Virus record (IMG/VR): IMGVR_UViG_3300042934_000980
Span: 124,001-188,000 of that record
Reading direction: 5' to 3' (one strand)
DNA length: 64,000 nt
The notes beneath the pieces are model-generated. The model saw only the letters and a program-made list of their open reading frames with translations. It made no database searches and was not told the origin of the DNA. How positions within the stretch are numbered: position 1 is the first letter of the stretch; each line of letters opens with the position of its first letter. Of the stretch, positions 56,408 through 64,000 are shown piece after piece. Position numbers and translations under genes: made by a program.

Positions 56408-56493
56408 TTTGCTTACAAAAAACAAAATGGCGGCATAGAGGTTAGGGACCTCCCCTCAAGCCTGTTGGCCCGACTAAAGGGGAGGGTGTTGCT

Positions 56494-56859
56494 CTACGAA
56501 GCCTGGGCAGCCTTTTTGGACTGCCACGGTTCTTTCTGGACCAGGAAGAGAAGTTTTTCCTTGTTGTGCTCTTCAAACACAAACGCTGAGTCAGCGACAA
56601 AGCGGTGCGGTTCGGTAACCGAAATCAACACCTCAAAGTCAATGCCTTGCTCCAGGATATTCTCCACCTGCCCAATGCAGTCTTGGCTGTCCACGTCACC
56701 TTCTGGTTGCATGACCAGTAGCACTAAGCCGCTGTCGATCATCAACTTCAGGCGCTCGTACTGTTCAGGCTCAAGGACGTTGGGAACTTTAACGGTAATC
56801 ATGGGGTCCTCAGGTAATATACCCGCCTCAGTGATGCAACAGTGAAAAGGGGTAACCAC
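56494..56859 (-). CDS. Hypothetical protein (weak resemblance to the Lon N-terminal domain)
   Basis: 121 aa; LEPEQY..LM...LLVMQP...IGQVENIL...EVLI....RF. Confidence 0.55.
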   Translation of the reverse strand: MVTPFHCCITEAGILPEDPMITVKVPNVLEPEQYERLKLMIDSGLVLLVMQPEGDVDSQDCIGQVENILEQGIDFEVLISVTEPHRFVADSAFVFEEHNKEKLLFLVQKEPWQSKKAAQAS

Positions 56860-56864
56860 TACCC

Positions 56865-57212
56865 CTACACGATTTTAGGTTTACGCATGTCTTTCATGAT
56901 GCGAAACGAGGTGTCGTCGTGGGCCAGTCTGAGTGGCTCACGGGTGCTCTCGTGTTCTTGTCGTTCCGCTTCATTACGTTCTGCGTGCGCTAGGTGTTCA
57001 TTCAAGTCCGACTCGCGACCTTGGGTGTAGAGCTCGTAACAGGTTTGACACATGAGGTGATGCTCAGCGCCCCATTTGTCGTGCTTAGCCAGATAACCAA
57101 ACGCTTGATCACCCTCATGGAGGTGTTCACAATGGTCACCTTCAGATACCCGGCCATCCTCACAGAACCCTACTAACCGCTCTGTCGGACCCCAGGTAAT
57201 CCAGGTGTCCAT
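56865..57212 (-). CDS. Zn-binding protein, paralogue 1
   Basis: HCEHL...LMCQTCYE. Confidence 0.75.
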   Translation of the reverse strand: MDTWITWGPTERLVGFCEDGRVSEGDHCEHLHEGDQAFGYLAKHDKWGAEHHLMCQTCYELYTQGRESDLNEHLAHAERNEAERQEHESTREPLRLAHDDTSFRIMKDMRKPKIV

Positions 57213-57214
57213 TA

Positions 57215-57760
57215 TCAGTCATCCTTTTCAGGTTTGGGTGGGGGTTGCTTCTTTACCGCCTTGGGGAGTTTAAACACTTGGATCTTGCCCCCGGTATGAG
57301 GATCCATGTCCTTGGCCAGTTTAATGGCCCCTTTAGCACCCTTACCTAAGCGCAGCGCAGCTTCGGCGTGAATGCCACCTGACCCGATACCAAAGGGGAC
57401 GTAACACCGTGTTACGTTGAAGGTGTCGGGGACGTTAGCCCCTTGCTTGTAACTGCCCTGTATCGACCACCCATTATGAAACTCATCGATCACAATGGCT
57501 GAAAAGCTCATCTTGGTCGCGATCTTAAGTTCAGTGCGGTGAGTGATCCCTTCTTTGCTTTGCAAGGCTTCTTTAATGAAAAGCTCACAACCTGGCTGCC
57601 CTGCCCGTCCAAAGGCAATCACTCGCTGGCCCATGATTTTCCATTCTTCCCCGACCTCAGGAAAAAGGATCTTCCTTACCGTGGCATTGGAAATAATCCC
57701 GCCACGCACCCGACGTGAATCGGAAGCGAGTTTGCCTTTTGTCCAAATAACTGTAGTCAT
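57215..57760 (-). CDS. HslV/proteasome-beta-like Ntn peptidase
   Basis: MTT N-terminus, LASDSR, KI, GRAG, GIGSGG..A.AAL..G..A..AIKLA..MD..TGG. Confidence 0.82.
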   Translation of the reverse strand: MTTVIWTKGKLASDSRRVRGGIISNATVRKILFPEVGEEWKIMGQRVIAFGRAGQPGCELFIKEALQSKEGITHRTELKIATKMSFSAIVIDEFHNGWSIQGSYKQGANVPDTFNVTRCYVPFGIGSGGIHAEAALRLGKGAKGAIKLAKDMDPHTGGKIQVFKLPKAVKKQPPPKPEKDD

Positions 57761-58197
57761 AGGTCGTCTTCTCTATCCCAGTGTTCGTCGTCCAGCGATT
57801 CCATTTCTTCACGGTCGCGGTCGATCTCTTGTTGATCTCGCAGCAACCGATCCTTGTGCCGGGCTTCTTGTTGACAGCCTTTGCAGATACGCATGCGGAT
57901 CCGTTCGTACTCAGGAGTGCCTGGGTCGTACGGGGTGTAGGTTACAGTCTGACTGCGCGGAAACTCACCCCCGCAGTCGTGGCACGTGGTCGGCTCTTCC
58001 CGCTTCTCCACCACGAACTTCTCGTAGCAGGGCTTGCACATCAGGTACATCTCAGAGCCGAACGAATCGTGCTCAGACGAATGCCCGAACACTTCACCCC
58101 CATTGTCCAAGTGTTCGCAGTGACCGCCCTCGCAAACATTCCCATCCATGACAAACCCAACTTCTTTGTGGGTCAAGCCAAAGGTAGTCCAACCCAT
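57757..58197 (-). CDS. Zn-finger protein, paralogue 2 (extra CxxC...CxxC)
   Basis: GGAG SD before MGWTT; HCEHL, LMCKPCYE, CHDC, CKGC; ATGA-coupled to the peptidase. Confidence 0.75.
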   Translation of the reverse strand: MGWTTFGLTHKEVGFVMDGNVCEGGHCEHLDNGGEVFGHSSEHDSFGSEMYLMCKPCYEKFVVEKREEPTTCHDCGGEFPRSQTVTYTPYDPGTPEYERIRMRICKGCQQEARHKDRLLRDQQEIDRDREEMESLDDEHWDREDDL

Positions 58198-58198
58198 A

Positions 58199-58567
58199 TC
58201 AGTGCACTCCTTTGGGAGCTGAGTGGAGCATGGCAGGGGCGGTGACTTTGATCGAGCGCAGGTAATCTTCAGCCTGCACGTCAGCCGGGTGGAATTCGTT
58301 GAGCAGGTCGCAAACAAACTTGCCGATCTCTTGTTGCTGCACCGGATTGCCCTCGCGGTCAACAATAGCCGGTTTACCCGTGGCTTTGTCGGTACCCCGA
58401 AAGTACACGTCCCGGTACGCGTCAATCCGCTTACCCAAGCGCTTTTGGAAATTGGCCAGAAACGTTGCGGCGTCCTGATCACCTGCTTTGGCGCGTTCGT
58501 TGAGCTGGTTAAGCAGCCGGATGGTTGCAACTTCCAACGGGGAAAGGATGTTCTTGAAATGGTCCAT
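58199..58567 (-). CDS. Hypothetical protein
   Basis: 122 aa, AGGAG SD. Confidence 0.75.
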   Translation of the reverse strand: MDHFKNILSPLEVATIRLLNQLNERAKAGDQDAATFLANFQKRLGKRIDAYRDVYFRGTDKATGKPAIVDREGNPVQQQEIGKFVCDLLNEFHPADVQAEDYLRSIKVTAPAMLHSAPKGVH

Positions 58568-58723
58568 GGTACTTCTCCTACCAATACGGCGCTCATTTTG
58601 AGCTTAGGTTAATAACACCCTTACAAATATAAGGGCTGGTGGTCGGCAATGAGGGTGTTGCCTTTACGGATCAAGGTTTCACCCACGGTTAGCCCGTCGA
58701 TAACCCCTTTGATGTGGAACCGT

Positions 58724-59245
58724 TTACTTCCGTGCACCAGGAGGAAATCCCTCTTCCGGACTGATGTCACTTTGAAGATACTGTAAGTCTTTAGGAGACA
58801 GTACTCTTCGGTCTTCAGCGTCAGGGTTCGACTGGGCATCGAGATCATCCGTCTTGATCATCGACGAGCATTGGGTGTACAGCGACTTGTCCATGAACCC
58901 TGCATCAGAGTCCATTTCGTAATGGCTGATGCCGATGTTGGTCACCCCATGATCGTCTTTGTAGAGATAAAGGATCCGCGAATCTTGCTCCAGGTAATAG
59001 GTGGTAGCAAGCCCCGCTAACCCCACACTGGCCGGATCGACCGTGGTGAACACCTTGTCGCGAAACACCACACTGCCGGTGCCCAGCAAGAACACGTTGG
59101 TGCGCTCGTGGGTGTTGATGTTGTGGAAGTTGTCCGGGTTATTGGTGTAACCCACCTGACTGCAGACAATGGCGTCCACCGAAGACTGGGCCAGCGCTGG
59201 AGCTGCCAGCAGCAACCCCAGGGCCCCTGCGATCAAAGCTTTCAT
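58724..59245 (-). CDS. Exported protein with Sec signal peptide
   Basis: MKALIAGALGLLLAAPALA|Q; two Cys in the mature part; ATGA-coupled start. Confidence 0.75.
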   Translation of the reverse strand: MKALIAGALGLLLAAPALAQSSVDAIVCSQVGYTNNPDNFHNINTHERTNVFLLGTGSVVFRDKVFTTVDPASVGLAGLATTYYLEQDSRILYLYKDDHGVTNIGISHYEMDSDAGFMDKSLYTQCSSMIKTDDLDAQSNPDAEDRRVLSPKDLQYLQSDISPEEGFPPGARK

Positions 59246-59832
59246 GCACATGCTCCTTCAACAGCGTTGGAGAATTCGATCTGTTCGATCTGGGTCAGGT
59301 GGTCCGCCATGGCCTGGCGGAACTCTTCGATCTTTTCCTCGAAGCTGCCGGTGGTGTGGTCGACCCGGGTCACGTCCCAGCTGATGGCCATGTCAAACAG
59401 CCCCTCGCCAAAGATCTTGAGGTTCAGGGTGCCGTCTTTGCACACCGCATGAAAGTACATGGGCTTTTCTTGGCACAATACCTTGCTGTACGGGTACGCC
59501 ATGTTACCGCGTGCCCACAGCTGCACATCTTCCAGCACATCGATCTGTTCCAGAAGGTCTTGCTGGTAGTTCTTCAGCTTCTTGGTGACTTCCCACATCG
59601 GGACGCCCTTTACCGGGATGCGCACTTCGTTCTTCCAGCGCCCCCACTGACCGAAGTCAAAGTCCAGCTCAAACCACAACTCTCCCAGCCGGTTACGATT
59701 ACCGCGAGACAGAATAACAACATTACGCAGCGGAAACGAATCAGCCAGTTTACGATTTTGGAATAGAACAGCCATGGGTACAACTCCTAGTTTTTCAAAG
59801 ACTCCAATAGTCCCTGGTAAAAGGTAAAACAC
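59242..59832 (-). CDS. Hypothetical protein
   Basis: Up to 196 aa; start uncertain (AGGAG precedes an internal Met). Confidence 0.7.
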   Translation of the reverse strand: MFYLLPGTIGVFEKLGVVPMAVLFQNRKLADSFPLRNVVILSRGNRNRLGELWFELDFDFGQWGRWKNEVRIPVKGVPMWEVTKKLKNYQQDLLEQIDVLEDVQLWARGNMAYPYSKVLCQEKPMYFHAVCKDGTLNLKIFGEGLFDMAISWDVTRVDHTTGSFEEKIEEFRQAMADHLTQIEQIEFSNAVEGACA

Positions 59833-59838
59833 AACGGG

Positions 59839-60111
59839 TTATTGACCACCTCTTAGTTTGAAAGAGATGGCGTCGAGCTCGTTCACAGAGTACGCACCAT
59901 TAAGAACGATGTGCCTTGGGTCTTCATGCGGGGCATGCCGGCCCAAATCCTCCGAATCATAATGGTGCGCTTTTTCTGCGACTTCCACACGAACCACCGC
60001 CACTAACCCCTCTTGTCTCAGCAAGGCGCTGATCTTTTTAAAGAGGGACTCGTTTAAAGAACCATCAAGACCTGTTATCGTGATGGTGTTCTCTGGGGCT
60101 AGTTCAGACAT
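59839..60111 (-). CDS. Hypothetical protein
   Basis: 90 aa, GGAGG SD, first gene after an early promoter. Confidence 0.7.
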   Translation of the reverse strand: MSELAPENTITITGLDGSLNESLFKKISALLRQEGLVAVVRVEVAEKAHHYDSEDLGRHAPHEDPRHIVLNGAYSVNELDAISFKLRGGQ

Positions 60112-60158
60112 TGATCCTCCTGGATCTACTACTTATCGGCTATTGCCTATACCCCCTG

Positions 60159-60175
60159 GTAATATAGGTTTGAAA
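60159..60175 (-). promoter_or_regulatory. Early promoter
   Basis: TTTCAAACCTATATTAC. Confidence 0.75.
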
Positions 60176-60186
60176 ACAACTGTAAC

Positions 60187-60627
60187 TCAATTGATTTCAG
60201 TCATGCCGATGGTGATGGGAATGAACCCCAGGGATTGGTAAAACAATTGAGCCTCTTTGTTGTTGATCACGGTGTTGACCCGGGCAGAGCCCGAAATCAT
60301 CTCCTTGATCTGGCGCACCAGTTCCTTACCAATGCCTTGTCGCCGCCGTTCCTCGATGACGTACAACCCAGAGATGCAACCTGGGTCGCGCTTGGTCGTA
60401 CAGATAAAGCCTAAGAGCTTGGTGTTCTCTATGGCCAGTGCCAGCTTACCCACTTGCATGTAAGCGGTGGTCGCTGCGGCCACCAGTTGCTCATCGGTCA
60501 TCTCAACCCGGTCCAGTAAGTGGAACCGGTCCTCATTACCCAGTTTGATGAACAGCTCCTTTAAGCCATGGGTTTTGGGGTAGTCGGAATGGGGGTTGAC
60601 AACAGGCAGTTTAACGTAATGAATCAT
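60187..60627 (-). CDS. GNAT family acetyltransferase
   Basis: ISGLYV.E.RRRQGIGKEL (motif A), NKEAQLFYQSLGF; AAGGAG SD. Confidence 0.9.
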   Translation of the reverse strand: MIHYVKLPVVNPHSDYPKTHGLKELFIKLGNEDRFHLLDRVEMTDEQLVAAATTAYMQVGKLALAIENTKLLGFICTTKRDPGCISGLYVIEERRRQGIGKELVRQIKEMISGSARVNTVINNKEAQLFYQSLGFIPITIGMTEIN

Positions 60628-60713
60628 GGTGAGACTCCTTGTTTTACACACCTAACAACCCAAGGACCTAACGGCCCCTGAGTCGTCATAACGGATGGAG
60701 GATGGGGTTTAAT

Positions 60714-62000
60714 TTAAGAGACCAGTTCGAGCACAGGTCTCCAGCCAATGTCAGCGTTGACGTTGGTGGCAACGGTAACAAAGTAGTTGTTGATGCTGCG
60801 GCGCAGCACCACGTAGCCGCTGGCGGCGGCGTTGGACTGGTTACGGGTACTGGTCTCGTAACACAAGGTGGAAGCACCGTTGGCGTACGTTCCAGAGCTT
60901 ACTACCGCGCCCAATTCAGCGTCGGTAAAGGCTGCCCATTTCTTGCCGTTGCTGGGTTGGCTGGCGCTGATGTTCTGGAACAACCGGGTCCACTCGGAGT
61001 TCAGGGTGCCGGGTGGGTTGGTGGTGTTGTGGTTGGCTGTGGCAGGGTCGGCATCAGCACCTTTGATACAGCGCACGTTGTAGGTCTTACCAGCAATGAC
61101 CACTTGCTTGGTGCCTTTGGTCAACCCTAGGGCATTGAGCTGGTTCCAGCTTAGCCCGTAACGGAATGGCTTCTTGGCCACCAGCAAGGTCTTGCCTTCC
61201 TGGGTTTGGAACTTAAGCCAGCCGGCGTCGGTGTTGGTGGCTGTACCGTTGGTCAATCCCACGGCCGTGGTCAGGTCGGCGTTACTGATCAGGTCAGCAG
61301 GGGCCACTTCACCTTGGTAGGAATCCCCCGCGTAAGGGTCAGGCCCCAAGTACTCCAGCACCGGACGCCACGCAGGTTCTTTGGAGTTGTTGGTCAGCAG
61401 TGTCACGTAGTAGTTAAGGATGCCTTTATACCCACGCACCACGCCGTACCCGGTGGCGGCCTCGTTGCTTTGCCCGATGGAAGATTTGTTACTCACCCAC
61501 GTGGAACTGGCAGTGGCACCGTTTACAGTCCCCAGATCGGCCTCTGTAAATTGCGCCCAGTTACGGCTGGCCGGGTTGGCCACGCAAACGTTTTCCAGCA
61601 ATCGGTTCCATTCCGAGGCATCGGTGCCTACCGGGTTACTGGTGTCGTGCACCGCAGAGGAAGGGTCCTCATCAGCACCGGTCATGATCCGTACCAAGTA
61701 CTGGCTGTTGCCAATGTTGACCTTGGCGTTGCCGTTGATCAGATCCAGCGCCAGCAGGTTGTTGTAAGACACCGCTGAACGGAACGGTCTTTTGGCAATG
61801 TGAAGGGTCTTGCCCTCCTCGGTCGTAAATTTAAGCCAGGTGGCTGTAGCGTTAGCCACTGCCCCGGCGCTTAGTCCAACCAACGCGGTAAGGTCAGCGT
61901 TGGTGATTAAATCTGTCGCGGCAATCTCGCCCAAGTAGGTGTCGTTATAGACCCGCCTGGCAGGAGTGTTGTGCGCTGAAAACAACATGGCTTCAAGCAT
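60714..62000 (-). CDS. Probable virion/tail-associated protein with two tandem ~200-aa domains
   Basis: Internal duplication Y.GE....DLI.NADLT..VGL..G...WLKF...EGKTL..AK.PFR...SEW.RL...WRPVLE. Confidence 0.8.
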   Translation of the reverse strand: MLEAMLFSAHNTPARRVYNDTYLGEIAATDLITNADLTALVGLSAGAVANATATWLKFTTEEGKTLHIAKRPFRSAVSYNNLLALDLINGNAKVNIGNSQYLVRIMTGADEDPSSAVHDTSNPVGTDASEWNRLLENVCVANPASRNWAQFTEADLGTVNGATASSTWVSNKSSIGQSNEAATGYGVVRGYKGILNYYVTLLTNNSKEPAWRPVLEYLGPDPYAGDSYQGEVAPADLISNADLTTAVGLTNGTATNTDAGWLKFQTQEGKTLLVAKKPFRYGLSWNQLNALGLTKGTKQVVIAGKTYNVRCIKGADADPATANHNTTNPPGTLNSEWTRLFQNISASQPSNGKKWAAFTDAELGAVVSSGTYANGASTLCYETSTRNQSNAAASGYVVLRRSINNYFVTVATNVNADIGWRPVLELVS

Positions 62001-62090
62001 GATGTTAGCCTTGGCAAGATAAGTTAAGAGACGAAAGAAATGGGTTATTCCCTCGAAGACACGCTATAAAATCTGAAACAAAAAAAAATA

Positions 62091-62133
62091 ACTACTCCAG
62101 CAGCCAAGGCGTTAGCCCGGCTGCTGGAGTAGT
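62091..62133 (-). terminator. Intrinsic terminator
   Basis: 15-bp stem ACTACTCCAGCAGCC/GGCTGCTGGAGTAGT plus a T9 tract on the minus strand. Confidence 0.8.
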
Positions 62134-62146
62134 GGTTGGTTACGAT

Positions 62147-64000
62147 TTAGTCGAGACTAACAATCCCTTTCTTCAAGGTAAACCCGAAGAACTCCCGAAC
62201 AGCTGGATCTTTGGGCATGGGTACCATAAACCGCATGGCCCTGCCGAAGTAATCGCTGTCAGGTTTGACCATCACCACCAGATTGTCCAGGTTACCCCCG
62301 GCGTTCTGGAAGTGCTCGATCGCCCCTGCCTTGTCCGCCTCGTTTGCAACAACCATTACGGCTTGCCACTGCGAGGTACGGGTCAGGTGATGGACCAACC
62401 CCACACACGCCGGCGGAATCTGTTCGTCCGTGTACAGCAACGGAAGCACCAATTCCTCGGTCGTCATTTCCAGATCACCCTCAGGGAAACGCTCAGCGCC
62501 CAGGTAGTTGCCCCGCTTTGTGCAGGTATGAACAAAGCCCTGACCTTGGGTGTCGACCGACCGATGGTAAATCTTTGTCCGGTCTGTATCGGAGACGATC
62601 AACGTGCTGAGGTAGAAGCGACCTTCCGGCAGAATGGGTGGGTTCAGGTCAAACCCTGGCGGGATCACCGTATCACCCGGCGCCAATTCCATTGCTTTGA
62701 GATCCTTCACCAACCGAACACCGAAGTGTTTAGTCCAGCCTTCTGCCGTGGACAGCTCTTTAGCCCCGTCCAGCTTTTTCCAACGTTGCATTTCTCCGTA
62801 AGGGGAAGCTTTCAAACCACCCGGCAACAGCGACTTTTCAGCACTGCGGCTTTCGGAGCCTGAGAAAAGGTCTACCCCTTTGAGATTGGCAGCCAGGTTG
62901 CCCAAGATACTGCCCCCGGTTCCACGCTGAGCTTGTTCATCGCGCATGGTTTCCATGCGTTCGACCAGAACAGCACTGAGGTCCCGATCGGTAAAGCCAC
63001 GCAATTGAGCATCCAGCTCTGGGCCAAACGGAGTACCGTTTTGACGCCATTTTGCGATCTCTAACAACTGGTCGGTGTCAAGGTCACGCAACACTGTCAG
63101 ATTTTTCTGAGACACGTTACCGCCTGGCGCATCAGTCAGGATAAACCTTGACAACGGTTCACCAGTGATGTCTCGCGCAATGAGGTGATCTAGCGGTACC
63201 AGTGGCTTGGCGGTGTTGAGGTATGTGCCAGCCTCCGCAACCATGCCGCCGACAGGTGCTGAGAAGATGTTAGAATCAACATCCGTCATGCCCCGCCCCG
63301 GAAGGATGACTTGACGCAGTTGATTCACCTGAACCAGCTCGATATTAGGGATCGGGGCATCAGGTAACTTCGCCACCAGTTCCCGCACCCGCGCCGCGAA
63401 CAACAGAGCTTCCAGCTCTTTGGTGTTAAGGTAGCCCTCCACGTAGTAGGTACCATCTACTTGGTCGTAATACCTGTCACGCTGTCCAGTGACTGATTCC
63501 TCAGCCTCTTTGATCGTCTTGAACTCTGGCAGACCACGGGATGGGTCGGTTTCCAGCATTTTGTGCACTGCACTTTTAAGCGCTTCACGCATGGCTTCAG
63601 AAGTCAGTTCGTGATGGTCTTCAACCGTTTGGTACGCGAACAGTACCTGGTTGATGATCGCTTTGCCCTTGATGAAGCCAGAGCCCGTGTCGGTACCGTA
63701 GGTGGATTCGTACCAATCACACCAGTCCGGATTGACCGTCAGGATGCGCCCTTCATCACCCGCCATAGCCAGCTCAGGCATCTCAGACACGCCGTGAGAT
63801 GGCATCCCTGGGTAACGCCCTTCTGCTACCGCCAAACGCCGTGAGAGCCAACGCAGACGCTCCTTGACCGCGGTCATGATGGCGATCTTGGGAAGGCCCT
63901 CGATATGACCCATCATGACTGCCAGTTCGGCGTTCATATCACGGTCGTAGTTCATGAAGGCGTAGTTGGCCAGCTCATCATCACTGAGGTCAGCCGCTGG
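62147..64000 (-). CDS. Large hypothetical protein, probably 5'-truncated by the window edge
   Basis: The frame stays open from 63955 to 64000 (PAADLSDDELANYAF-MNYD). Confidence 0.75.
   Translation of the reverse strand, partial: PAADLSDDELANYAFMNYDRDMNAELAVMMGHIEGLPKIAIMTAVKERLRWLSRRLAVAEGRYPGMPSHGVSEMPELAMAGDEGRILTVNPDWCDWYESTYGTDTGSGFIKGKAIINQVLFAYQTVEDHHELTSEAMREALKSAVHKMLETDPSRGLPEFKTIKEAEESVTGQRDRYYDQVDGTYYVEGYLNTKELEALLFAARVRELVAKLPDAPIPNIELVQVNQLRQVILPGRGMTDVDSNIFSAPVGGMVAEAGTYLNTAKPLVPLDHLIARDITGEPLSRFILTDAPGGNVSQKNLTVLRDLDTDQLLEIAKWRQNGTPFGPELDAQLRGFTDRDLSAVLVERMETMRDEQAQRGTGGSILGNLAANLKGVDLFSGSESRSAEKSLLPGGLKASPYGEMQRWKKLDGAKELSTAEGWTKHFGVRLVKDLKAMELAPGDTVIPPGFDLNPPILPEGRFYLSTLIVSDTDRTKIYHRSVDTQGQGFVHTCTKRGNYLGAERFPEGDLEMTTEELVLPLLYTDEQIPPACVGLVHHLTRTSQWQAVMVVANEADKAGAIEHFQNAGGNLDNLVVMVKPDSDYFGRAMRFMVPMPKDPAVREFFGFTLKKGIVSLD

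Noticed and set aside
58198-58596. N-terminal extension of the 57757 ORF
   Set aside because: Overlaps the better-supported 58199-58567 gene; the SD and paralogue alignment place the start at 58197.
58621-58848. 75-aa ORF overlapping the exported protein's 3' end
   Set aside because: Could be real because it fills a gap, but it has a 125-nt overlap and no clear SD; not enough support.
1-64000. tRNA/rRNA genes, group I introns, alternative genetic code
   Set aside because: No cloverleaf or intron-like gap was seen; genes are intact and tile normally with TAA, TAG and TGA all used as stops.

Overview
This is a 64 kb segment of a phiKZ/EL-like (Chimalliviridae-type) jumbo phage genome; a Pseudomonas-type host is inferred from gene content and is not proven. 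The left third holds core genes: three subunits of the split virion RNA polymerase (beta-N, truncated at the window edge; beta'-N; beta-C), a 2681-aa tape-measure-like protein with GH19 and M15-like muralytic domains, UvsX/RecA, an RNase H-fold protein, structural proteins, a free-standing HNH endonuclease and a SNF2-type helicase carrying an Ala-start class 3 intein. A plus-strand tail-fibre cluster lies at 38.4-46.6 kb. Minus-strand accessory regions (31.6-38.3 kb and 46.7-64 kb) are driven by a repeated ACCTATATTAC promoter motif and include a GroEL-like chaperonin. The strongest hunt findings are: (1) a stand-alone PL7 alginate-lyase-like gene with no signal peptide; (2) a candidate proteostasis locus (GroEL, HslV/proteasome-like Ntn peptidase flanked by two paralogous Zn-finger genes, possible Lon-N-like protein); (3) a membrane-protein gene overprinted inside the RNAP beta gene; (4) a membrane protein built from tail-fibre repeats; (5) an early promoter pointing antisense into the helicase. 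No tRNA, rRNA or CRISPR array was seen. All family calls come from motif recognition by eye; no searches were run.
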